The position numbers and the translations under genes were made by a program. Of a DNA stretch of 64,000 nucleotides, positions 36,639-46,497 are shown piece by piece. Position 1 is the stretch's first letter, and each line of letters starts with the position of its first letter. Origin of the DNA: Scyliorhinus canicula (lineage: Eukaryota); assembly GCF_902713615.1 (NCBI RefSeq), contig NW_024055447.1:799072-863071 (forward strand), read 5' to 3'. The notes under the pieces are model-generated. The model saw only the letters and a list, made by a program, of their open reading frames with translations. It had not been told where the DNA came from and did no database searches.

Positions 36639-36971
36639 CCTCACGGCACAGAGATAGGTGGCGGCGTCTGTAACATGCGCCTCTCTCACAGTCAGGATAC
36701 TGAGCTTGTTGTCTCCACCGATTGAAGCTGTAATCCTCCCGTGTTGATCGGTTCCTCTTGTGGCCATCACCAGATGCTGGGGTGCCTGGTTCGGGTACTG
36801 TCTGTACCAGAATACGAGGTCAAATGCAATGCTGATGGTGCAGTTCATGGACACATTACCCGCTTCACTAACAACCATCCACCCAGGGAGCTGCTGCACC
36901 TCATCTTCTCCGGTCACCACCGTGCAGATCAGAGTGAAACACAGCACAATGTCTGTGTGAACCCGAAGCAT
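36639..36971 (-). CDS. TRAV/TRDV: TCR alpha/delta V gene segment V-c (intact; leader apparently intronless)
   Basis: Single ORF MLRVHTDIVLCFTLICTVVTG-EDEVQQ...SMNC...FWYRQ...DAATYLCAVR ending at a consensus RSS. Confidence 0.9.
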
Positions 36972-37215
36972 TATCAGTTCTCACGGAATACCGAGCTCGG
37001 CTCAGAACCGGGAGGTGAAAACTATATTCTGAAAAATTAACCGGGAACCAAACACTAACTTCGGGTTCACCTAGTGACGTGTTGCTGTTGAACTAACTAA
37101 ATAAGCTGAGTATCCCTTAAGGTTTAACAACCCATTCTCCACGTTTCACACTGACACCAGCTCGCACTGTGAGCACACACCTGACCATCACCTTAAATAC
37201 TTTTCATACATCACA

Positions 37216-37229
37216 CTGCCCTCTGGCGG
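37216..37229 (-). promoter_or_regulatory. CTCF-like motif upstream of V-c
   Basis: CCGCCAGAGGGCAG, 245 bp upstream of the ATG. A CRE half-site TGACGT lies at 37075-37080. Confidence 0.55.
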
Positions 37230-37686
37230 TGTGAACTGGTAAGCGCATGGTGCAATTATTCACTTCAAATGCCAACAAGTTGCAGTTCACGATATAGTAA
37301 CGAATGAGGACATGTATTCCCACCTTCCTGCTTTAGCTATTTTATTGAGGGAGAGACTAAATCTCACCTTCATGTCTGCTGTCCAACGATTGCGGTGCCT
37401 TTTGTTCACTCACTCTTCCTGCAAAGCTGACCACTCGGTTTGACAAGACGAATATCCTGATGAAGGTCCTTATATCATTTTCCAATTTGAACCCGTCAAA
37501 TGCGAACTCGTCTATCTATCGGACATTTGTAACATCCCAACAGTAACAGCAGCAGTGAAAACACATGATAATAAATAACTTTTTAAAAAATTCAAGTTTC
37601 ATATGAGTGTTAAAATAATGTTTCTGTTCCCGCATTGGCTCCCTCCATCACATTTTCTTCACTAAAGATACTCACCCAGTCTCCCA

Positions 37687-37700
37687 CTGCCCTCTGGTGG
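37687..37700 (-). promoter_or_regulatory. CTCF-like motif
   Basis: CCACCAGAGGGCAG matches the core consensus. Confidence 0.5.
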
Positions 37701-38233
37701 CAGCTACAATCACTACAATGTGCGCTTAAAAATACCTGTCCCATTTCTGGAACCAAAGGCCATAAGACATAGGGGCAGAATGAGGCCATTTGGCCCGTCA
37801 CGTTTGCTCCGCCGGTCAATCACAGCTGATGTGCTTCTCATCCCCATTCTCCTGCCTTCTCTGCATTACCCTGATCCCCTTATTAATCAAGAAGCTATCT
37901 ATCACTGTCCGGTGCGGGGCAGCTGAGGCTCAGTGAGGTAAGAAACACTCATTTTTTGCAGCACAAGCTGGCGTAAGGGAAGTGTTTAAAGGGACGATTA
38001 AAAAGGTAAGTGGGACAGACAAGGCGGGGTATGGGACGGGGGACGGGGGGGGGGGGGGGGTTGATACAATGGTGTGTGGGGGGGGGGGGCCGTGATCGAA
38101 CAGCAAGGGAGGGGGTCTGCTCAGACCGGACGTGCGTCGGATCACAAGGTGGGGCCGGGTCAGACCAGGGGGCTCCGAAGGAACAAAGAAGAGGGAATGG
38201 GAGGCTCAGGAGTCGAGTGGGATCGGACGGAGA

Positions 38234-40284
38234 GGGGTCAGGCTGGAATGGAATGGGAGGGTCAGGCTGGACTGGAGTGGAAGGGTCAGGCTGGTCTGGA
38301 GTTGAAGGGTCAGGGTGGACTTGAGTGGGAGGGTCAGGCACACTGGAGTGGGAGGGTCAGGCTTGACTGGAGTGGGAGGGTCAGGCTGGACTGGAGTGGG
38401 AGGGTCGGGCTGGGCTGGAGCGGAGGGTCAGGCGGACTGGAGTGGGAGGGTCAGGCTGGATTGGAGCGGAGGGACAGGCTGGACTGGAGCGGAGGGACAG
38501 GCTGGACTGGAGTGGGAGAGTGAGGCTGGACTGGAGAGGGAGGGTCAGGCTGGATTGGAGCGGAAGGACAGGCTGGACTGGACTGGGAGGGTTAGGCTGG
38601 ACTGGAGTGGGAGAGTGAGGCTGGACTGGAGAGGGAGGGTCAGGCTGGAATGGAGTGGGAGGGTCAGGCTGGACTGGATTGGGAGGGTCAGGCTGGACTG
38701 GAGTGGGAGGGTCAGGCTGGACTGGAGTGGGAGGGTCAGGCTGGACTGGAATGGGAGAGTCAGGCTGGGTTGGAGTGGGATGGTCAGGCTGAACTGGAGT
38801 GGGGTGGGTGGGGTTCAGGCTGGACTGGAGTGGGAGGGTCAGGCTGGACTGGAGTGGGGTGGGTGGGGTTCAGGCTGGACTGGAGTGGGAGGGTCAGGCT
38901 GGACTGGAGTGGGAAGGTTAGGCTGGGTTGGAGTGGGGGGAGGGGTTAGGCTGGACTGGAGTGGGGGGAGGGGTTAGGCTGGTCTGGAGTGGGGGTGTCA
39001 GGCTGGACTGGATTGGGAGGATCAGGCCGGACTGGAGTGGGAGGGTCAGGCTGGACTGGAGTGGGAGGGTCAGGCTGGACTGGAGAGGGAGGGTCAGGCT
39101 GGACTGGAGTGGGAGGGTCAGTCTGGATTGGATTGGGAGGGTCAGGCTGGACTGGAGTGAGAGAGTGAGGCTGGACTGGAGAGGGAGGGTCAGGCTGGAT
39201 TGGATTGGGAGGGTCAGGCTGGACTGGAGTGGGAAGGACAGGCTGGATTGGAGTGGGAAGGTCAGGCTGGCCTGGAGTGGGAAGGTCAGGCTGGATTGGA
39301 GTGGGAAGGTCAGGCTGGACTGGAGTGGGAAGGTCAGACTGGACTGGAGTGGGAAGGTCAGACTGGACTGGAATGGGAGTGTCAGGCTGGACTGGAGTGG
39401 GAAGGTCAGGTTGGACTAGAGTGGGAGGGTCTGGCTGGACTGGAATTGGAGGGTCAGGCTGGACTGGATTGGGAGGGTCTGGCTGGACTGGAGTGGGAGG
39501 GTCTGACTGGAGTGGGAGGGTCTGGCTGGACTGGAGTGGGAGGGTCAGGCTGGACTGGAGTGGGAGGATCAGGCCGGAGTGAGAGTGTCAGGCTGGACTG
39601 GAGTGGGAGGGTCAGGCTGGACTGGTGTGGGAGGGTCAGGCTGGACTGGAGTGGGAGGATCAGGCCGGAGTGGGAGTGTCAGGCTGGACTGGAGTGGGAG
39701 GGTCAGGCTGGACTGGAGTGGGAGGGTCAGGCTGGACTGGAGTGGGAAGGTCAGGCTGGACTGGAGTGGGAGGGTCAGGCTGGATTGGAGAGGGAGGGTC
39801 AGGCTGGACTGGAGTGGGAGGGTCAGGCTGGACTGGAGTGGGAGGGTCAGGCTGGACTGGAGTGGGAAGGTCAGGCTGGACTGGAGTGGGAGGGTCAGGC
39901 TGGACTGGAGTGGGAAGGTCAGGCTGGACTGGAGTGGGAGGGTCAGGCTGGACTGGAGTGGGAGGGTCAGGCTGGACTGGAGTGGGAGGGTCAGGTTGGA
40001 CTGGACTGGGAGGGTTAGGTTGGACTGGAGTGGGAGGGTCAGGCTGGATTGGAGTGGGAGGGTCAGGCTGGATTGGAGTGGGAGGGTCAGGTTGGACTGG
40101 AGTGGGAGGGTCAGGTTGGACTGGACTGGGAGGGTCAGGTTGGACTGGACTGGGAGGGTCAGGTTGGACTGGAGTGGGAGGGTCAGGCGGGACTGGAGTG
40201 GGAGGGTCAGGCTGGATTCGAACGCGGAGGGTCAGGCTGGACTGCAGTGGGAGGGTCAGGCTGGACTGGAGTGGGGGGTCAGGC
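38234..40284. repeat. G-rich 24-bp tandem array, ~85 units
   Basis: Consensus GGAGTGGGAGGGTCAGGCTGGACT (13 G and 3 C per unit), more homogeneous toward the right end. Confidence 0.97.
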
Positions 40285-40371
40285 ATTTTGTCCATCCAGT
40301 CTGCACCGACACTCTGAATGAGCGCCCTACCTCGGCCCAGACCCAGCCTTCATCCTGCAACTCCACTTAAC

Positions 40372-40720
40372 CTGCACGGTAGCATTGTGGATAGTACAAT
40401 CGCTTCACAGCTCCAGGGTCAGAGGATTGATTCCGGCTTGGGTCACTGTCTGTGCGGGGTCTGCACATCCTCCCCGTGTGTGCGTGGGTTTCCTCCGGGT
40501 GGCCCGGTTTCCTCCCACAGTCCAAAGATGCGCAAGTTAGGTGGATTGGACATGATAAATTGCCCTTAGTGTCCCAAAATTGCCCTTAGTGTTGGGTGCG
40601 GTTACTGGGTTATGGGGATAGGGTGGAGGTGTTAACCTTGGGTAGGGTGCTCTTTCCAGGAGCCGGTGCAGATTCGATGGGCCGAATGGCCTCCTTCTGC
40701 ACTGTAAATTCTATGATATA
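40372..40720 (+). mobile_element. HE1-like SINE
   Basis: gcacggtagcattgtggatag...gggtcactgtctgtgcgggg...ctgcactgtaaattctatgat. Confidence 0.85.
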
Positions 40721-41245
40721 TGAACCTGCACATCTTTGGACACTAAGGGACAATTTTCGCATGGCCAATCCAGTTAGCCTGCACATTTATGCTGCTGATG
40801 GCTCAGTATATCATCATATTCGCAAGGCCTAACGTTGACGCAAAATACAGAGTTCTCATCCAAACGCCATTGTTTACAACAATGCCCACCAAATTCATTC
40901 GAATGTCCTTTGTCCAGCTCTGGGCGAAACAACTGCCCACCTCACATTATAAATAAGCCTATTCCTGTTAACATATTTAAGGATTAGCATGGAGATTAAT
41001 CAATTTAATTTGGTGTTTTCGATCTGCGCCAATAGGATGAATTGGAGATCCAATGCCCTGTGAGAACATTGGTTGAATTGAAGAGAAAAATAGCTTTCAG
41101 GCAATTGGATGTGACCCGATGACGTTGTGAGCAATGTACCAATCACCAGGCACTCGGATGTGACTCAACCTCTTCTCAACTCTTGACGAAAACAATTTCA
41201 GCTTCAACCATTTCTGTTCAAAGCTGCCACGATCTCTCTGCAAAC

Positions 41246-42132
41246 ATGTGGCCTGTTACTGTGTATTTCTTCCTCACAGCGGCCGCTCTTTTAACCGGTA
41301 AGTTCACAAGTTGCTCAACTCTTTCTGTCACAGCTTTTCCATACATGACATTCTGTCAGACAGGTCGCTCAATACAAGGGTGTGGGTGGTCGGACAAATA
41401 GATTGACCCCAACTTCGAAACGTCACCCGGATCTTGTTGGTCTCAGCACAGAACACTGTTTGCTGGAAGTCGGCACATTTCCCAAGGGAATGAGAGCGGA
41501 AGAGTTAGGCTGAGATTGAAGCTTCTCTGCTGCTCGTGAATGACCTTGACAAACAGCGGACTGTCAAACCCACAGGTTGTTAGTACTATCCGCTTCCAGT
41601 TACAGTGACTGAAGCTGAGGACCGGACCTCGTTAGAAAGACCGGACTAAAAAGATTTACAATTTCCAAACATTTTCCCGTTACAGCCACTAAGCTGTGGG
41701 ATATATATTTCTGTTCTGCTGTCTGTTCACTCTCTGAGGCTATTGTTCAGGATGACGGGATGGTTCTGCGGTATAGACTCAGTGAATTCGCATTATTTAA
41801 TTTAAAATCACTCTGGGTTCTTACAGGACATTGTCGAGGAGATTCCGTTTCTCAGACACCGGCTGCAGTCACAGTGAGTGAAGGAGAAGATGTTCAGTTA
41901 TTCTGTAATTATACAGCTACAAGCTCGAGCAATCCTTACCTATTCTGGTACCGTCAGTATCCCAGCCGATCCATGGAGTACCTGCTGCAGATTATAAATA
42001 CACCGGGAACATAGAGAGATACCCAGAGGACCGTTTTGCAGCGGAGCTCAATGATACAATCCGCACCGTCCTGCTGAATGTGTCTAAAGCAGAGCTGACA
42101 GACTCCGCGGTGTATTTCTGCGCACTGAGACC
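41246..42132 (+). pseudogene. TRAV/TRDV: TCR alpha/delta V segment V-d, single-base frameshift in CDR2
   Basis: Leader 41246-41297 MWPVTVYFFLTAAALLTG|gtaagt; V exon from 41827 GHCRGDSVSQ...LFC...FWYRQ...LLQI. After a 1-nt deletion near 41991-42000 the frame continues YTGNIERYPEDRF...DSAVYFCALR. Confidence 0.88.
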
Positions 42133-42171
42133 CACAGAGACACAGAGCTGGGCTGAACCTGTACAAAAACT
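42133..42171 (+). other. 23-RSS of V-d
   Basis: CACAGAG + 23 bp + ACAAAAACT. Confidence 0.92.
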
Positions 42172-42585
42172 GTCAAAGTGCTACTCAGCATAACAGAGCG
42201 TGAGGCAAACACGGTGATCAGCGGCGAGTCTGAAATGGCGCCTGAAATCGAGGTGATATCTCAACTTTTCAATTCTAACATACATTTTTAACACGAATAA
42301 ATGTATTGCCAAAATAAAGCAATGGAAGAGGGCAGTTTCGAGAATGAAAATTAGAATATTTATCGAGCTTCAGGTTCCAAAGTGTTTCACCGTCACTGTT
42401 ATAATACAATGTGGAAAACCTTGCAGCCAATTGGACCCAGCATATCACTCCATACAGTAATGTTTAATAGCCTCGCTGTTACAGTAATTGTGATTGGTGG
42501 ATGGATATCGGACAGGGCATTTCTCCTGTTCTTTTTTTTGGAAATGGTGGCCATGCGATCTTAATCCCTCCATTGTTATATGTCT

Positions 42586-42760
42586 CACTGTGTCTGCTTC
42601 GCACAGAGATACATTCCGGAGGAAGGCGGTGTCCACAATTTAACATATTATTCAGAGGCCAGGAACTGACAGTGCAGCATTCCCTGAGGGATGCACCGTC
42701 TCCTCGGTAAATCCCAGGATTCTTGTTCCTGACGGACTGCCGGTGCCCTGTTGAGAGGAA
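42586..42760 (-). pseudogene. V-segment remnant V-e (3' end GMYLCAKQ + heptamer; nonamer lost)
   Basis: 42586-42618 nearly matches the 3' end of V-g (ggaatgtatctctgtgcgaagcag.cacagtg). The upstream part is not collinear with a full V. Confidence 0.5.
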
Positions 42761-43029
42761 AGAACCTGTGAACAGACTGGAGACAGAATCCTGGAAAATC
42801 CCAGGAGGTGGTGACCTCTCATTAATCCAATCTGGGAAAAGGAGACTGGAATAAAGAAAAGGGAATTAATATCAAATTAATTATCTCCATGGAAAAAGGA
42901 GGACAATTAATTTAACCCTGGAGTAAATTATTCCTCGGTAAGCAAAATATTTTTACTGATGTCGCGCCTTTTACCGACTCCGGATGCCCGAAAGCACTTT
43001 TCAACCTCAGGACGTTCATTTCATTCCAG

Positions 43030-43385
43030 GTAGGGCAGCACGGTAGCACAGTGATTAGCACAAATGCTTCACAGCTCTAGGGTCCCAGGTTCGATTCCCG
43101 GCTGGGTCACTGTCTGTGTGGAGTCCGCACATCCTCCCCGTGTGTGCGTGGTTTACTCCGGGTGCTCTGGTTTCCTCCCACTGTCGAAAGGCGTGCAGGT
43201 TAGGTGGATTGGCCATGATAAATTGCCCTTAATGTCCAAAATTGCCCTTCGTGTTGGTTGAGTGGGGTTACTGGGTTATGGGGATAGGGTGGTGTGGGCT
43301 TGGTTAGAGTGCTCTTTCCAAGAGCCGGTGCAGACTCGATGGCCCGAATGGCCTCCTTCTGCACTGTAAATTCTATGATCTATGA
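43030..43385 (+). mobile_element. HE1-like SINE, full length
   Basis: gggcagcacggtagcacagtgattagc...ggttcgattcccggctggg...gcactgtaaattctatgatctatg. Confidence 0.9.
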
Positions 43386-44143
43386 TTCCCACTGCAGTCG
43401 GTGTTGTGATGTCGGAGATATTATTAACACAGACGTCATTGGGAATGTTTAATTCTCCGACAGAAAGTGTTGTCATCCTAATGCTTGAGCAAAGGGATTT
43501 GAGAGCCTAGGTATTTTCCTGGCACTTTGACCTTGTTGCAAATAGTAACCAGAACATTCTGTAACGAATTGGTGCACATCCCTTTCTCTCTCTCTTTCTC
43601 TATGATATATTGAGGAATCACATTGATTTGAAACCTGTTAAATCTCTTAGTCAGACCACCCAGTGATATTGGAATAAAACAATTTATTCTGTTCACTGTC
43701 TAAGTGTCCACTGTCATCCTCCTCATCCTCCAGGTACCATCAACTCAGGTGGCGCTGGTTGACCATTGGCTTCCATTAGATTGGCCCATGATTATGTTTG
43801 ACTGCAGTGATTTCAATTGTCTCCTGCATTTTGGTTGACCAGAAAACTCTCCAGCTCTTACGACCTGTCAATGGGCATCTTGGAAGAATTTACAAGCATC
43901 AATCGGTTTAACCAGACTGCGAACCAGAAAGTCCTGAAGTGGGGCTGGATTCCAGAGCCTCAGGCCCAGAAACGTGCTCTGTACCAGAGCATCTGTAATT
44001 CATACATCGGCTCTTGCCCTAAATACATATCGTTTACCGGGAAATGACACGAAGCATAGACATTTCCTGTATTCCTCAGCTGTCAGCTGAGACGGCGGTG
44101 AACTGACGCCTCTGTAAATTTTGGACACAGATACTGTCCTAGC

Positions 44144-44157
44144 GCACCATCTAGCGG
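44144..44157 (-). promoter_or_regulatory. CTCF-like motif
   Basis: CCGCTAGATGGTGC, near-consensus. Confidence 0.35.
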
Positions 44158-44689
44158 AATATTCTCTGTCAAGCAGCGATTCTCGATTTATCCTCGAATA
44201 TTGGGGAGATTTTATTATGGCAACTTATTACGGGGTTTATTACTTTGATGTCTTTATTACCGCATCTGAGGCATTTTTCATCACATTGCTTTTGCTACAC
44301 TTGCTATTTCGGATTGACGCGAGCTCATTTGCCTCAATCTTCTGGCGTGCCTACGTCATTTGTAAAGTACTTGTTATTTGCATAAATAGCTTAACGAAAT
44401 AAACTGATATATCCACAACTGATAAATTTGGAATATTAATTTCGGAACAATGGAAGGCTTGAAGGTTCCCTAAACATCAAACAACGATGGTAACCAAATT
44501 CCAGTAAGCCAATGTATCACCCAATGATTTACGTGTTTCTACTGAGGATTATCTGCAAATTAGATTATTAGGAACAATAAAGCATATGTTTTAAGTCCGT
44601 AAGGAAGAACCTTTTAATCGATTTTGCTTGTATCACACTCACTTCTAAAGCCCATTCGCTACATGTCTCTGCAGTCCCCATATCGAGTG

Positions 44690-44728
44690 AGCTCTTGTAC
44701 AGGGTTCTCAACTCTTCGTTTCACAGTG
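44690..44728 (-). other. 23-RSS of pseudogene V-f
   Basis: CACTGTG + 23 bp + ACAAGAGCT. Confidence 0.75.
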
Positions 44729-45000
44729 TCTCACTGCATTGTAATACACCGCACAGTCTGTCAGCTCAACCGTGATAACACTGAGAGTGGTGGAGCCTTT
44801 CTCAAGGTCCAGGGATACTTTAATCCTTCCCTGAACTCTTTAACCTCCGAGTGTGGAGACCAGATACTCGGGAGCTTGATTGGAGAACTGCCGGCACCAG
44901 TCATTTGTAGTGAAAGTAGCGTTGTGATGAAGCGAGATAGTCTGACATTGTGTTACTCGAGATATCGATATCTGAAATGTCTCTGAATGACAAGGAACAG
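44729..45000 (-). pseudogene. TRAV/TRDV: TCR alpha/delta V pseudogene V-f
   Basis: After the ttttaacag acceptor: AVPCHSETFQ...QTISLHHNATFTTNDWCRQFSNQAPEYLV...GG*RVQGRIKVSLD...TDCAVYYNAVR. Both canonical Cys are lost, there is an in-frame TAA, and no leader was found. Confidence 0.85.
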
Positions 45001-45617
45001 CTGTTAAAACAGAAATAAAATTAACGTCACGATATGTCCAAGGAGAAATAGATAAAGTGCTTGAGTATATAGGCAGAATAGGCTAATCTAACAGTCTATC
45101 TATCATGATGTGAAGATGCCGGACTGGGGTGGGACAGTAAGAAGTTTTACCACACGAGGTTGAAGTCCAACAGCTTTGTTTCGGAACTTCTTACTGAATC
45201 TATCTACCATTCTATTTGTCTGTCTGTGTTCCCATGACTATCTAACCATCTATATACCGACTATCATTTTTTAAAATCTATCTGCATCATTCATTATCTA
45301 TCTTTCTCTTGCACGTCAAGCTAAGTATTTGAAAGAGAAAGAAGAGTCAGATTTTCTGCCTGTGTCTTAACTTTTTAGTTTGGGACAATTAAATAGAGAA
45401 CTTTACTTAACCTGCCCTGTTCCTCTATATCTCCTGTAACAGCTATAACAGACGTTATTCCTAAGCACCGCGTTCTCAACCTTGTCCCTCGACAGAGGAT
45501 GTGGTGATCATCCGGTTAAATCACCACCAGTCAGCATTCCACTCAAAGTGGAGAGCAGCCTCTGCTGATTTGGGTCTATGGCGGCTTTACTTTACTAGTA
45601 ACAGCTATAATGTTTTA

Positions 45618-45907
45618 TCATAGAATTTACAGTGCAGAAGGAGGCCATTCGGCCCATCGAGTCTGCACCGGCTCTTGGAAAGAGCACACTACCCAAGGTC
45701 AACACCTCCCAATAACCCAGTAACCCCACCCAACACTACGTGCAATTTTGGACACTAAGGGCAATTTATCATGGCCAATCCACCTGGCCGGCACACATTG
45801 GGAGGATGTGCAGACTCCGTACAGGCAGTGACCCAAGCCGGAATCGAACCTGGGACCCTGAAGCTGTGAAGTCATTGTGCTATCCACAATGCTACCGTGC
45901 TGCCCTT
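45618..45907 (-). mobile_element. HE1-like SINE
   Basis: Reverse complement of a full SINE ending ctaccgtgctgccc. Confidence 0.85.
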
Positions 45908-46033
45908 GTGTTGGAAGATTGTCCAGATAGAAGTTTGAACATGGGAAAGTAACATTTATGACCATCACCGGCATCTCTAAAGGTTCTGGTTTGGGGAAAG
46001 GTTAGCGGGGCAGCGGAGACCCGACAGAGAACA

Positions 46034-46072
46034 AGATATTATCCAGCCGGATCCGCTCTGTGTGTCACTGTG
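46034..46072 (-). other. RSS of V-g with degenerate nonamer
   Basis: CACAGTG + 23 bp + ATAATATCT (5/9 consensus matches). Confidence 0.7.
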
Positions 46073-46497
46073 GCTGCTTCGCACAGAGATACATTCCGTA
46101 GTCCTGGACCGTGCTCTCATCTATACAGATGGAAATGGACTTCTTTGTTCTGTCCAAGGACAGGGTGGAGCGTCCTTTGGTCTCAGTCCCCTGGTAAATG
46201 GAGGCGATAAATGTGGGAGCCCCTGTCAGTGTCTGTCTGTACCAGACTACGAAATAGCCAGAACCAATGGAGAGCCAGCAATTCAGTTCAGCCCGATCCC
46301 CTTCCCGAGACACCGCCTGCTCAGGGTGGGAGCTCTGATCCTCACACTGAACAGCTGGGAACAAAATAAAATCCACATAACCACACGGTGTTATGTGATT
46401 GTTAAAACAATGCATCAGATAAGAAAATAAACTCACCCAATATCAGCAGCTTCATAGTTCCAGCTGGAAACAGCTCTTTCCTGGGATTCCTGGTCAT
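46073..46497 (-). CDS. TRAV/TRDV: TCR alpha/delta V gene segment V-g (open frame)
   Basis: Leader 46497 (or 46455)-46437 ...MKLLIL|gtgagt, 82-nt intron, V exon 46354-46073 with AELNC, VVWYRQ and DYGMYLCAKQ. Confidence 0.87.

Noticed and set aside
37325-37373. MKVRFSLSL... as a possible separate leader exon for V-c
   Set aside because: Not hydrophobic (NKIAK), and its only donor is phase 2, out of frame with the V exon.
28133-40284. Tandem repeats as CRISPR-like arrays
   Set aside because: No unique spacers, and the context is eukaryotic.
37949-40370. Many long ORFs (WSGRVRLD, EWEGQAGL, GVGGSGWT, PDPPTPVQ repeats)
   Set aside because: Artefacts of a stop-free 24-bp tandem repeat; open in nearly all frames.
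43900-44060. Minus-strand MLWYR motif suggesting another V
   Set aside because: No upstream Cys, no downstream YxC and no RSS; a stop follows shortly.
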